Translations under genes and position numbers: made by a program
The notes under the pieces: model-generated
Told to the model about the DNA's origin: nothing
What the model saw: only the letters and a program-made list of their open reading frames with translations
The model's database searches: none
Shown: positions 1-9,887 of the stretch, piece by piece
Layout of the letters: every line of letters starts with the position of its first letter
Numbering within the stretch: the first letter of the stretch is position 1
Assembly (NCBI GenBank): GCA_965648915.1
Contig: CBFGIV010000020.1
Span: 1 to 39,225 of the forward strand
Length of the DNA stretch: 39,225 bases
From: a candidate division WOR-3 bacterium
Lineage (GTDB): Bacteria > Hydrothermota > Tepidihabitantia > SM23-42 > CAYGYG01
Direction: 5' to 3'

Positions 1-13
1 TTTCATAATATCC

Positions 14-42
14 ATAATACGGGGAATGCCCTCTTCTGTCAA
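14..42 (-). promoter_or_regulatory. Putative sigma70 promoter for a divergent gene running off the left edge
   Basis: Minus strand TTGACA (42-37), 17 nt, TATTAT (19-14); ATG AAA begins at position 6 on the minus strand, 7 nt after the -10 box. Confidence 0.45.
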
Positions 43-102
43 TATCCCTTTTAATATCCTTATCACCTGGTTACGATGTCTAGGTCTATCTACATTTTTC
101 CC

Positions 103-130
103 TTGACTTTTTTTATTATATAATTATTAT
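103..130 (+). promoter_or_regulatory. Putative sigma70 promoter of the subtilase gene
   Basis: TTGACT (103-108), 16 nt, TATTAT (125-130); GGAGG Shine-Dalgarno at 141-145 before ATG 150. Confidence 0.55.
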
Positions 131-149
131 TGCTTTGTTGGGAGGTTCT

Positions 150-2552
150 ATGAAATATGTAATTTTCTTCTTATCTTTCTTCCTCCTGCTGAACGCCGGA
201 CAGAATCCATTAACACCGACCCCGATTGGTTACTATACACCTGAACCCACCGGTGATGCTCCTATTGTCTCGATAACCAATTATCGATTTGATCCCTTGG
301 TTGATTTCCCGAAATTACCATCTGATTTGAAGATTGAACGCTATCCAGGTGATGGAACCGGCCATTATTTAGTCCAGCTTAAAGCCCCGGTATACACATA
401 TATGATCGATGCTATCAACCGAACTGGTGCTCAGTTATTAGGCTGCCATTCCTACTACAATTTCATCGTTAAGATGAATAATGAGACACGAACAAGGGTT
501 GAGAAACTGCCTTTTGTCCGCTGGATTGGAGTTTATCAGCCGGCCTTTAAGTTGTATAATCAAACCTTAAAAGGTGCTGGGTCAGGAAAATTCCTGATTT
601 ATCTCTTCTACACAGAGAATACTGGTGAAGCGCAGAGAGATTTAACCGCTCTGGGTGCAACAATTTTAGGCTATTCGGATACTGAGGTCGTTAAATTCCT
701 GGTAGTTAATTGTGATCGCACGCTCCTGACCAAAATTGCCAACCTGCCCTATGTTTACTGGATCGAAGAATCGTTTCCCAGCGAACCGGAAAACGATCAG
801 TGTCAGTGGGTAAATCAGAAAGGTCTGCCGCCGACCGATACTACCCGGCCGGTATGGCGTCAGCGGATCTTTGGTGGCGACTACTGGGGTGATCCATCAG
901 GAGAAATCTTGGGCCATTGTGATGATGGTCTGGATGTTAGCCACTATGCCTTCCGTGATCCAAACATAACTATCAGTGACACAGGTGAATTCCCGACGAG
1001 CCGCAAGATCGTTGCCTACAAACACTATCCCAGGGCGGGTGGAATAACCCGGACAAGCCATGGAACCCATACTGCCGGGACAATCTGCGGTAATGATTCG
1101 GCAATGGGTGGGACCGATGCCCGGGATGGCCATTCCAAGAATGCAAGATTGGTTCATCTTTCACCGATCCCAAGTTCTTCAGACAATTTCCTTGTTGTCT
1201 ATGGCACAATAACTGATAGTCTCAGGAATCGTAATATTCAACCGGTTACCTGCTCAAACTCCTGGTGGACTCTGGTTATGGGTCAGTATTCAGCAAAATC
1301 GATGGAGGTTGATCAATTTCTCTGGACCCACCGGCACTTTGTGATGATAAAATCCTGTGGTAATCAAGGACAGTCGAGTCAGTATCGAATTACTGAACCG
1401 GGTAATTCAAAGTCGATTATCTCGGTTGGAGCCCTGGGCAATGGCACATCGGCAACAACCCTGGCGAGTTTCTCGAGCCGTGGGCCGGCACCAGATGGAA
1501 GGGTAAAACCCGAAGTCTGTACACCAGGTGATCTCATATATTCAGCACAATATAACACAACCAATTCTTATACGAGTATGAGTGGGACCTCAATGGCCGC
1601 ACCATCCTGTAATGGCAGTATCGGATTGATCCGTTCATATCTGCGTAAAGGCTTCTATCCCACCGGGGCGAGAAGATCGGCTGATTCGCTCCGTTATATA
1701 AGTGGTGCCCTGCTTAAGGCAATGATTGTTGTCTCCGCCGATCCTAATGTCGGAACTTATGTGGTCCCGAGTGACTACATTGGCTGGGGAAGGTTCGACC
1801 TTGATTCAGTTTTATTCTTTTCGACCCCAACCGTCGAACGACGCAGGTTGTTACTCTATGACGATACGATTGGACTGGCAACCGGCCAGTACCGGGATTA
1901 CCAGTTTACGGTAAGTGATGGCGGTTTGCCTTTAAGGGCAGCAGTGACCTGGTATGATACAGCAGCGGCGGCCGGTGCAACCCGGGCGATAATCAACAAT
2001 CTCGATGTGCGGATGATTGCACCGAATGGTGATTCGTTTAAAGGCAATGTCTATGCAAATGGTCAATCGGTAAGAAATCCAACCCAGCGTTATGATAGCA
2101 TTGATGTGCTTGAATGTTTAAGGATAAATGCACCTAATACCGGAAACTGGACTTTAAGGGTAATGGCAAGGAATGTTGTAACCCGGCCCCAGCGGTATGC
2201 CGTTGTCTTGACTGGTGGCTTCCCACTGGTTGGAATCACTGAAGAGTTGGTTGGTGGTGTAAGGCCGACGGAGATGGCCCTCGTTTATGGCCCCAATCCG
2301 TCAAGAATTGGTGGTTCTAAGGTTCGGTTCTATGCGCCTGATGTTAATAAAAGATATACGCTCAAACTATACGATGCCTCGGGCTCACTGTTGAAGACTC
2401 TTTTCGATGCCCGGTTAAAGACCAGGGGATGGCAGAATATAAACTGGAATGGATGTGATGATAATAATCGCCAGATTCCACAGGGTGTCTATTTCTATGT
2501 GCTGGAAAACGAGGATAAGAGGTTATCCTATAAGGTAATTCTGGTGAGATAG
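150..2552 (+). CDS. Secreted S8 (subtilisin-like, KP-43-type) serine protease with C-terminal FlgD-Ig/T9SS-like sorting domain
   Basis: Signal peptide MKYVIFFLSFFLLLNA; catalytic motifs D (GHCDDGLD), H (SHGTHTAGT), oxyanion N (CGNQG), S (GTSMAAP); beta-sandwich region (NNLDV...GNWTLRV); tail PNP...LYDASG..WNG.D..GVYFY. Start moved to ATG 150 because of the SD at 141. Confidence 0.93.
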   Translation: MKYVIFFLSFFLLLNAGQNPLTPTPIGYYTPEPTGDAPIVSITNYRFDPLVDFPKLPSDLKIERYPGDGTGHYLVQLKAPVYTYMIDAINRTGAQLLGCHSYYNFIVKMNNETRTRVEKLPFVRWIGVYQPAFKLYNQTLKGAGSGKFLIYLFYTENTGEAQRDLTALGATILGYSDTEVVKFLVVNCDRTLLTKIANLPYVYWIEESFPSEPENDQCQWVNQKGLPPTDTTRPVWRQRIFGGDYWGDPSGEILGHCDDGLDVSHYAFRDPNITISDTGEFPTSRKIVAYKHYPRAGGITRTSHGTHTAGTICGNDSAMGGTDARDGHSKNARLVHLSPIPSSSDNFLVVYGTITDSLRNRNIQPVTCSNSWWTLVMGQYSAKSMEVDQFLWTHRHFVMIKSCGNQGQSSQYRITEPGNSKSIISVGALGNGTSATTLASFSSRGPAPDGRVKPEVCTPGDLIYSAQYNTTNSYTSMSGTSMAAPSCNGSIGLIRSYLRKGFYPTGARRSADSLRYISGALLKAMIVVSADPNVGTYVVPSDYIGWGRFDLDSVLFFSTPTVERRRLLLYDDTIGLATGQYRDYQFTVSDGGLPLRAAVTWYDTAAAAGATRAIINNLDVRMIAPNGDSFKGNVYANGQSVRNPTQRYDSIDVLECLRINAPNTGNWTLRVMARNVVTRPQRYAVVLTGGFPLVGITEELVGGVRPTEMALVYGPNPSRIGGSKVRFYAPDVNKRYTLKLYDASGSLLKTLFDARLKTRGWQNINWNGCDDNNRQIPQGVYFYVLENEDKRLSYKVILVR

Positions 2553-2563
2553 AATGGGTCATA

Positions 2564-2587
2564 ACGGGCGTCCGGTTGGACGCCCGT
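2564..2587 (+). terminator. GC-rich intergenic stem-loop (terminator or mRNA-stabilising hairpin)
   Basis: Perfect 10-bp stem ACGGGCGTCC / GGACGCCCGT with GGTT loop, 11 nt after the protease stop; no U-tract follows. Confidence 0.6.
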
Positions 2588-2618
2588 ATATCAACAGTAC
2601 ATTATCAGGAGGTTTTTT

Positions 2619-4127
2619 ATGGATCGTAGAAATTTTTTAAAACTATTGCTCGGCGGTGGTGCAACCATTTTCTTAGACCGGGGTTATGGCCAGAGATTAT
2701 TAAATAGAGGTAATCGCTTAGAGCGTTTTGCCCTGCCTCCACCGGTCGTCAATACCTTCTCTACTGAGATCTGTCTCAATTCTCGCCGTTCCTATCATTC
2801 TGGCTATAGTGGTTCTCTTTCTGACCAGATCCTGGCCAATGTGCTCTGGGCTGCATCTAAGGCTCCCTTGATGGGTTCTTCAAGAATCATCTATGTCGCC
2901 CGATCGGATAATGTCTATCGCTACGATCCTGCCCAGCATGATATAATTCTCCACCTGGCCGGCAATCATATGTCGGAATCGAACCTTGCTTTTGAGGTTG
3001 GTATTACCGGTGACTTTTCAGAAGATGCGGGAACTGCACTATTCTTTGCCAAGATTGCATCATTTTCGTTCTGGACTTCCACAACCAACCAGCCCTCAGC
3101 CTGCGTCAAGGAGAGCGGTCGGAGCAATGCCCAGGCCAACTGGAATCCGACCGGCACCATCCATATGGTCTGCTGTTTTGGAAGGATGCCAACGGTCAGC
3201 GGTATGACTTCACAACTGGTTGCAATCTCATCGAATGGGACCCTGCCGAATCCGACCACCAATGGCACCGTCTTACTGGAGAATGCCCTTAATAACCTGA
3301 AATATGGTAATCAATTCTTAAGTACCGAACTTACCCTTCAGCAGATTTCTCAGATTGCCTACGCATCTTATGGTAATACTCCTCATACTTCTACAAATGG
3401 TCGGGCGGCCCTGACTGTTCCTTCGGCGGTTGCTAATTATTATCTCACCGCACGGATATACATAGTCCGATCCGAAGGGGTTGAAAGATACCACATCCGG
3501 ACACCAGGTGGTGGCAATACGACCCGGGACCACAGGATTGAACGGGTAACGACCGGTGATAGGCGCCCCAATCTCCGTTCCGCCGTTCCCCGCCTACCCC
3601 AGACCGCACCTAACTATTTTGTCTACTGTGCAGCTCAAGCAGCCAACTATCAGTTACAGGAAGCAGGTTATGCTGGAGCCAGTGCCCTGCTTCAGGCGAG
3701 TTCAATGGTTCCACCACTTCAGGGCTATTTTACGGCCAATTTTACATCGAGTGAGCGGACGGCAATTATTAATGCCTTGGGTATTCCTTCAGCTGATCTT
3801 CCTCTGTTTATCTTTTCAGTCGGGACACCTGCTTCTTTGATTGAAGAAGGGTCCTCCGAGAATCGGATTCACATCAAAGTTAGTCCCAATCCGTTCAGAG
3901 ATAAGACCGAGATCAGATTACAGATCCCAGATGGTGAAGATCAGAGGCAGAAAGTAAGACTGGACATTTATGATGGTGCCGGTCGTGTGGTCAAATCCTT
4001 TGCTCCGGCTGCAGTTCTCATCTGGGATGGTAAAGATAATCGAGGAATTCCGGTGGCCAAAGGAAGTTATCTTTGCGTGCTGAGAATAGGCCGGACCGAG
4101 TATCGACAGAGGATCATTAAAATTTAA
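2619..4127 (+). CDS. Tat-exported protein with two tandem SagB/ThcOx-like nitroreductase-fold domains and a C-terminal FlgD-Ig/T9SS-like domain
   Basis: Twin-arginine motif MDRRNFLK; domain 1 LPPP...RRSYH...LANVLWAA...YRYDP; domain 2 LPNP...LTLQQISQIAYA...VPSAVANYY...EAG; tail PNPF...IYDGAGRVVK..WDGKD..GSY; AGGAGG SD upstream. Confidence 0.72.
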   Translation: MDRRNFLKLLLGGGATIFLDRGYGQRLLNRGNRLERFALPPPVVNTFSTEICLNSRRSYHSGYSGSLSDQILANVLWAASKAPLMGSSRIIYVARSDNVYRYDPAQHDIILHLAGNHMSESNLAFEVGITGDFSEDAGTALFFAKIASFSFWTSTTNQPSACVKESGRSNAQANWNPTGTIHMVCCFGRMPTVSGMTSQLVAISSNGTLPNPTTNGTVLLENALNNLKYGNQFLSTELTLQQISQIAYASYGNTPHTSTNGRAALTVPSAVANYYLTARIYIVRSEGVERYHIRTPGGGNTTRDHRIERVTTGDRRPNLRSAVPRLPQTAPNYFVYCAAQAANYQLQEAGYAGASALLQASSMVPPLQGYFTANFTSSERTAIINALGIPSADLPLFIFSVGTPASLIEEGSSENRIHIKVSPNPFRDKTEIRLQIPDGEDQRQKVRLDIYDGAGRVVKSFAPAAVLIWDGKDNRGIPVAKGSYLCVLRIGRTEYRQRIIKI

Positions 4128-4170
4128 TAGATAGAGATATAAGTTTGTTTTCTATAGAAAGGAGCGATTG

Positions 4171-4425
4171 ATGGAAGAACTGATCGGTAAGATCACACAT
4201 TACTTCGGTAAGATCAGTGTTGGGATAATTGAGGTTACTGCAGGTGAGCTGAAAGTTGGCGATACGATTCATATCAAAGGTAAAAATTCGGATTTTACCC
4301 AGAAGGTCGAGTCGATGCAACTTGAACATAAACCGATCGATAAGGCGGTTGCGGGTCAGGCAATCGGGCTTAAGGTTACTAACCCGGTCCACGAAAATGA
4401 CCAGGTATTTAAAGTAACCGAATAA
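4171..4425 (+). CDS. Small translation elongation factor domain II-like beta-barrel protein
   Basis: IGKITHYF...LKVGDTIHIKG...FTQKVESMQ..H..I..A..GQ.IGLKV pattern; AAGGAG SD at 4159-4164 before ATG 4171. Confidence 0.8.
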   Translation: MEELIGKITHYFGKISVGIIEVTAGELKVGDTIHIKGKNSDFTQKVESMQLEHKPIDKAVAGQAIGLKVTNPVHENDQVFKVTE

Positions 4426-4465
4426 GAAGTTTGTTGGTAGTAATTGCCTAAGAAAGTATCGGAAT

Positions 4466-6571
4466 CTATCTTTTGAGCCGCTGAAGATTATACCAGGGCT
4501 GCGATAATTTTGGATTAATCCGTAACGCTGATCGGTAACAATTCTCGGCCTGAAGTGTGTCACCAATCTTTTCGTAAGCCAATCCCAGGTTGTTAAAGGC
4601 TTCAGCAAAGTCGGGTTTCAATTTAATTACCACTTTGTATTCATCGATTGCCGCCTGATAACATTGGTTGCCGAACAATGCCAGACCAAGATTATAGTGG
4701 ACCTGAGGATCGTTAGCCTTTAACATTGTTGCCTGTTTCAGATTTTTTATTGCAAGCCCATATTCTTTTTGAGTTGCGTAGAGGGTGCCAAGATTGAAGT
4801 AGATATCAAAGTTCTGCTTATTAAATCTGAGTCCTTTTTCGTAGGCGGCAATGGCGGAATCGATATAACCGATATCGGTAAATACCAGTCCTTTATTAAA
4901 ATAGGCCGGCCAGAGGGTTGAATCGATCTCGAGCGCCTTTTGATAATGAAGAAGAGCCAGACGATACTCACCGACACTGCGATAGACATTCCCCAGATTA
5001 ATGTGTTCACGATGGTTTTCAGGATCGACGGCCAGTGATTGCTGATAAGCATAAGTTGCCTTTGTTGGTTCATTCATCAGAGTATATAAATAACCAAGTT
5101 GAGCCCAGTAGCGTCCATTATAAGGGAGAACCTTGATTGCGGCAAGGTGCTCCTGCTCGGCCTGATGATACAATTTCTGATCTCGAAAGTAGATCGCCAG
5201 TTCTTCGTGGGCGGAACCGCTCTTTTCCGGGTTCACGGCCATCAACTGTTGGAATCGTTTTAGTGACATAGATTGGCTTCGATTTATAATGACCCAGGGA
5301 ATAGTATGGAGCAGGACGGTGGCAATGATGACGACTGTGAGGTAACCAAACTTTTTGCTGTCTTCAAATCGACAGAAGAGATAACCGCCAAAGATCGTGG
5401 ATAAGAGACCGACAAAAGTAAAGAGATCCCAATCCCGGGCCCATCCTTTATCCGGGTTGAAGATAAATGAGTAGATGAAAAAAGAAACAAAGGCAACCGC
5501 GAGGAAGATTACTACGGGATTATTGATATCACTTTTTTTGAAGAAGAATACCATGCCCCAGAAAAGCATTATCAGACCCAATGGCCCGATTAGAAGGTAG
5601 AGGTTGAAAAGATCAATGATATGCGGTACTGAAAATATACTATACTCTTCCTTTTGAGAGCTGAAGAGCGGCAGAAGATGGTATTCTCTCAGGACTTCGT
5701 TAAGCGGTTTGTTACCGAAGAAAAGGATTAGTGATAGGATGGAGAAATAGATCACCAGCGGTAGAAATGAATAGAGCCAGAAGCGGAGGGATCGAAATTT
5801 TAGTCTTACTATGTACTGATAGATTAACGAAGGGAAGAGGAGGATGGAGATTAGATGAAGAGAGAGCGCAATTCCCAGGGTGATTGATGGTAATATAGGA
5901 TGCGAGCAATCTTTCAGATATCTCAAAGAGAGATAGAGATAAAGCAGAATGGTTGTAAGCACGAGCGGGTAGTGTTCAACATAACCAAAGAAAAGGAGAA
6001 TAAAACCCGAGGTTGTTACATTTAAGAAGATGAAAACCTTTTTTATACTTTCTGATGTCAGGAGACGGCTCAGATGGAACATAATATAGATGAAAAAAAC
6101 TCCGGAGATAATGCTGGTCAGGCGATAGACAAAAAGAGCATCGGTATGGATTGTCCGATTAAGGAGGAGGTAGAGGTTTCGGTGGAGGAAGAGGTTAAGG
6201 ATTTCCGAAGCATACGGTGGATAGTAGTCAGGGATGGTCCTCAGCCAGAGATAGCCATCACCAAGGAAGTGGGTAACATTGATACCCAGGCTAAAGATAA
6301 TTAAGGATATAAACATTAAACCGAGGGGCAGAAGACTTTCAGGTGGTTTATGGCCGAAAAGAGTAACAATAAAATTTTGAAATGATCTATTGAACGCAGG
6401 GATAAAGATTAAGAAAACGACAATCGACATTATATATAGTAAAGACTCGGGAAAGAAGGCAAAAAAATTGAATCCCCAGGAGTACTCAACCGGCAAGAAA
6501 TGGCCAAAGAGATGGCCAAGAACGATCAGGAAAAAAGATACAGTTATGAGAATAAATTTAATTCGATACAC
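4466..6571 (-). CDS. Polytopic membrane protein with C-terminal TPR repeats (possible GT-C-type glycosyltransferase)
   Basis: About 430 aa of multiple hydrophobic segments followed by several TPR units (e.g. AFNNLGLAYEKIGDTLQAENCYRSALRINP); GTG start. Confidence 0.75.
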   Translation of the reverse strand: MYRIKFILITVSFFLIVLGHLFGHFLPVEYSWGFNFFAFFPESLLYIMSIVVFLIFIPAFNRSFQNFIVTLFGHKPPESLLPLGLMFISLIIFSLGINVTHFLGDGYLWLRTIPDYYPPYASEILNLFLHRNLYLLLNRTIHTDALFVYRLTSIISGVFFIYIMFHLSRLLTSESIKKVFIFLNVTTSGFILLFFGYVEHYPLVLTTILLYLYLSLRYLKDCSHPILPSITLGIALSLHLISILLFPSLIYQYIVRLKFRSLRFWLYSFLPLVIYFSILSLILFFGNKPLNEVLREYHLLPLFSSQKEEYSIFSVPHIIDLFNLYLLIGPLGLIMLFWGMVFFFKKSDINNPVVIFLAVAFVSFFIYSFIFNPDKGWARDWDLFTFVGLLSTIFGGYLFCRFEDSKKFGYLTVVIIATVLLHTIPWVIINRSQSMSLKRFQQLMAVNPEKSGSAHEELAIYFRDQKLYHQAEQEHLAAIKVLPYNGRYWAQLGYLYTLMNEPTKATYAYQQSLAVDPENHREHINLGNVYRSVGEYRLALLHYQKALEIDSTLWPAYFNKGLVFTDIGYIDSAIAAYEKGLRFNKQNFDIYFNLGTLYATQKEYGLAIKNLKQATMLKANDPQVHYNLGLALFGNQCYQAAIDEYKVVIKLKPDFAEAFNNLGLAYEKIGDTLQAENCYRSALRINPKLSQPWYNLQRLKR

Positions 6572-6595
6572 AAATCAACCTGCAGGATAAATTTA

Positions 6596-7342
6596 TCATA
6601 TGGCAATCAGTTTTTCATTTTGAAGAAATTTTAGAGCCTTCAACTCAAGCCCTTCAAAATGATACTGGATATAAGATTGGACTAATTTATCAAATAGTTC
6701 CAGTTGCGGTATATCAACCTGTGGCTGTTGCCGAAAATAAAGTCTTTTAAGAAGATCGATAGCTGAACCTGTTAGCCTGATGCTGGATTGATCAGCATCG
6801 GCACTACAGACCAGCCCTCCATATTTAATACTGAATAGATTTGACGGCTTTTTTAAGCATCGAACACAGATATTCAGTTCAGGTCGGTAGCCGAGAAGCC
6901 CGGTGGTGATGAGCAGATAGGAATAGATCAGAGATTTGAGGTGAATAAGCGATTTTGACTGTTCAATCATCCTGATCGTCTGGAGGGCAAGACGGTATAC
7001 CCGGGGATTGGGCTGTTCCGGGGGTAAAGTCTGATCGAGAAATTCGCACAGGGTCAGGGCGGTTATGATCTTGCAAGGCGATGTTCGAATTTCTGAAAAG
7101 TCATCGATGATTTCTGTTTCTGAAAGATTATAGATTTCTTTGTGAGGTCGGTGATAGTAGATGATCCGGACTCGGGTAAATGGCTCAAGCGAAGAACCAA
7201 AAGTACTCCGGGGACGTCGGGCCCCTCGAGCGATAAGTTTTAATTTTCCCCTCTTGCACCCAAAGGCGATAACCACCAGGCTTGTATCTTTAAATCGTCT
7301 GGTTCGTAATATTAGACTTTCATCACGGACAATATTGGTCAT
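6596..7342 (-). CDS. recO: DNA repair protein RecO
   Basis: N-terminal OB-fold pattern (LILR...D..LVV....GKLKLIARGARRP.S.FG..LEPF), GYRPEL..C..C zinc region; typical position downstream of phoH-ybeY. Confidence 0.9.
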   Translation of the reverse strand: MTNIVRDESLILRTRRFKDTSLVVIAFGCKRGKLKLIARGARRPRSTFGSSLEPFTRVRIIYYHRPHKEIYNLSETEIIDDFSEIRTSPCKIITALTLCEFLDQTLPPEQPNPRVYRLALQTIRMIEQSKSLIHLKSLIYSYLLITTGLLGYRPELNICVRCLKKPSNLFSIKYGGLVCSADADQSSIRLTGSAIDLLKRLYFRQQPQVDIPQLELFDKLVQSYIQYHFEGLELKALKFLQNEKLIAI

Positions 7343-7350
7343 AGATCTTT

Positions 7351-8274
7351 TTATGGCTCATCGCGGATCTCACCGATTAACTCTTCAATCATATCCTCCA
7401 GGGTGATTATGCCGATGGCCTTCCCGTTCTGGTCGATTACTACCGCCATGTGTTCACCTTCGTTTTTCATTTTTTTAAAAATAGGCATTGCCTGGGTCTT
7501 ACTTTTTACGGTAGCGATTGGACGCATACTAATTTTGTTATGAAAGATGATGTCTTTGAGATTAATCACATGGACGATATTGCTTGGGTTATCCTGATAG
7601 ACCGGGATCCGGGTATATGGTTTTTTGATTAATCCTTTCTCCCTGATCTGGTCAATTGTTATCGTATGGGGTAAAGAAAATACCTTGTCGATTGGTATCA
7701 TCAAATCATTAACCAGTGTTTCACGGAGTGCAAAGAGTCGGGCCAGGATGCGGCTGGCCGAACGTTCAATTTCATTTAGAGCGGTAACGAGATCACGCCG
7801 GTGTAATGAAAATCCAACGCCCGAAGATTGTTTATAAATTAAACGGGGGAGGAAAGAGAATGGAGCCAGAATCGGTCTTAATACATTTCTTAAGAGCATT
7901 AAAGGGTGTGCCAGAAGGGCCATCGCCCTCTCGGGCATTAGTAACCCGATGGCTTTGGGAAGATACTGACCGACGATGAGGGAAAGCAAGGAGAGCGAGA
8001 CAATCGCAACAATGGTATAATGACTCCCAAGTGTTTCGACAAAGAATTTTTCGAAAAGAATTGAAGCGGCAACCAGGGCAAGGTCTTCGCAGACAAGGAT
8101 GATTGTAAAAAATTCTTCGGGGTGGTCTAAAAAGTAAAGGACGGTTCCTGCCCATTGCAGTCCGGATGCACTCTGTTCTTTAAGCCGAAATCGGTCGAGA
8201 CGGATCAAAGCCGTCTCGGAAAGAGTAAAGACACTCTGGCCGAGGATGGCTAAAATTCCCAGTAATATTTCCAT
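7351..8274 (-). CDS. CNNM (DUF21)/CBS-pair membrane protein lacking the CorC C-terminal domain
   Basis: F..SETAL, GQYLPKAIG, M.P, YTRIPVY, HMAVVID..G..IGIITLEDMIEELIGEIRDE, then stop. Confidence 0.88.
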   Translation of the reverse strand: MEILLGILAILGQSVFTLSETALIRLDRFRLKEQSASGLQWAGTVLYFLDHPEEFFTIILVCEDLALVAASILFEKFFVETLGSHYTIVAIVSLSLLSLIVGQYLPKAIGLLMPERAMALLAHPLMLLRNVLRPILAPFSFLPRLIYKQSSGVGFSLHRRDLVTALNEIERSASRILARLFALRETLVNDLMIPIDKVFSLPHTITIDQIREKGLIKKPYTRIPVYQDNPSNIVHVINLKDIIFHNKISMRPIATVKSKTQAMPIFKKMKNEGEHMAVVIDQNGKAIGIITLEDMIEELIGEIRDEP

Positions 8275-9506
8275 TATTGCCTCTGAACAATGACCTTTTT
8301 TATTTTTCGCCCTTTAATCTCCTTGATGGTAAAGATAAGGCCATGGTAGGATAGACTTTCACCTTCTTTCGGGATATGGCCAAAGTTGCGGAAGAGAAAA
8401 GCACTCAATCGTTCACCGCTCTCTTCGAAGTGACCCGGTTTCAGAATGTGATAGACATTCTGGATACTGACGCCACCGTCAAACAGATATAAATTATCAC
8501 CAAGCGACTGGTATGGAATATCACCGGTCTCATCATATTCGTCAATTATTTCACCGACCAATGATTCGAGGATATCCTCGAGGGTAATTATCCCAACAAA
8601 GTCACCAAATTCATCAGTGACCATTGCAATATGAATGCCCCGGCGCCGAAATTCGTTCAGCAGCATCTCCAAATTCTTGGTTTCCGGGACAAAATGAGGC
8701 TCACGCATAAAATCACGAACCAGTAGATTATTATCAGCGAATACGATGTCTTTCCCGTAAAGAACACCTACAACACTTTTTGTTTTGCTTTCAAAGACAA
8801 CCAGGCGGGAATGTTTCGATCGGTTGATTTTTTTCTTTGCCTCGCCCAGAGTGGCGTTGTCACGAATTGAGATCACATCCGGAGCGGGTGTCATTATCTG
8901 ACTGACGGTTTTTTTGCTTAAACCGAATAACTGACGGGCAATTTCAAGTTCATCTGCTTCAATAATATTGGCTGATCTTGCTTCCTGGAGCATCCGGTCG
9001 ATTTCCCGGAAATCCATCTTCCGGGTTTCAATTTTTGGTAAAAACCGATTCGATAGATTGTCAAGAGTGGTTGAAATTGGAAGAAAGAGCAAGTTAATAT
9101 ATTGCATCAGAGGGGCTAACTTAAAAGTAATCGGCTCGAAATACCGGATGGCGAGGGCCTTGGGTGTTATTTCACCAATCAGAAGTAGGATATAACTCAT
9201 AACGACAAACTCAATCAAGAGGGCGATAGTCTTATTCAAGTGAAAAGTATGGATGAGGTTGATGGTTATCAGGGTTAAAACCGAAGATGCACCAATATTC
9301 ACCAGCAGATTGCCGGTAAGGATGGTTATCAGAATACGGCGAGGCCGGGTGAGGAAATTATGAATTATATCGGCATAGCGCCTTTTCATGTAAAGATAGG
9401 ATTGGATCTTTATCCGCGGGAAAGTAAAAAGGGCAGTTTCGAATCCAGAGAAAGCGGCACTGAGTATTAACAGGATAATAATCAGTATAACCTGAAAAAG
9501 AATCAT
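8274..9506 (-). CDS. Hemolysin/CNNM family protein (DUF21 + CBS pair + CorC/HlyC domain)
   Basis: SAAFSGFETALF, GEITPKALA, HSRL.V, HIAMVTDEFG..VGIITLEDILESLVGEIIDEYD, C-terminal CorC-like GHIPKEGE. Confidence 0.92.
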   Translation of the reverse strand: MILFQVILIIILLILSAAFSGFETALFTFPRIKIQSYLYMKRRYADIIHNFLTRPRRILITILTGNLLVNIGASSVLTLITINLIHTFHLNKTIALLIEFVVMSYILLLIGEITPKALAIRYFEPITFKLAPLMQYINLLFLPISTTLDNLSNRFLPKIETRKMDFREIDRMLQEARSANIIEADELEIARQLFGLSKKTVSQIMTPAPDVISIRDNATLGEAKKKINRSKHSRLVVFESKTKSVVGVLYGKDIVFADNNLLVRDFMREPHFVPETKNLEMLLNEFRRRGIHIAMVTDEFGDFVGIITLEDILESLVGEIIDEYDETGDIPYQSLGDNLYLFDGGVSIQNVYHILKPGHFEESGERLSAFLFRNFGHIPKEGESLSYHGLIFTIKEIKGRKIKKVIVQRQ

Positions 9507-9509
9507 AAT

Positions 9510-9887
9510 TTAAAAATATTTTGCCAGATAGTAGTCCGTTCTGGTCTGCATTATGCGTCGCTCTCGAGCATTTCGATGGTCAAATCCAACTAAATGGAGT
9601 AAACCATGCAGTATAAGTTCGCCTAAGTGGCGATAATCAGTTATCATAAAAGAATTGATATAGATTTCGCCAAAATCGGCTGTGAGTCTGAAGGAGAGGA
9701 CATCGGTTGAGTATTTGCGGTTAAGGAATTTATGATTCATTTTTAACATTGCCTGGTTATCGAGAAAAACAAGGTTTATCTCTTTTATTCTCTTCTTTTC
9801 GGCGGTCAGCACTGCACGGGTAATCTGTCCCAGCCTTGATTTATACTTTGCGTATTTACGGGGAATTTGAAAAAGTCTTATCTTCAT
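9510..9887 (-). CDS. ybeY: rRNA maturation endoribonuclease YbeY
   Basis: TDVLSF, GEIYI and HGLLHLVGFDH zinc motif; likely start ATG 9887 (MKIRLF), overlapping the upstream gene end. Confidence 0.92.
   Translation of the reverse strand: MKIRLFQIPRKYAKYKSRLGQITRAVLTAEKKRIKEINLVFLDNQAMLKMNHKFLNRKYSTDVLSFRLTADFGEIYINSFMITDYRHLGELILHGLLHLVGFDHRNARERRIMQTRTDYYLAKYF

Noticed and set aside
2619..4127. Azole-forming RiPP dehydrogenase belonging to a thiazole/oxazole pathway
   Set aside because: No YcaO cyclodehydratase or precursor nearby, the protein is exported, and it lies about 28 kb from the rSAM cluster.
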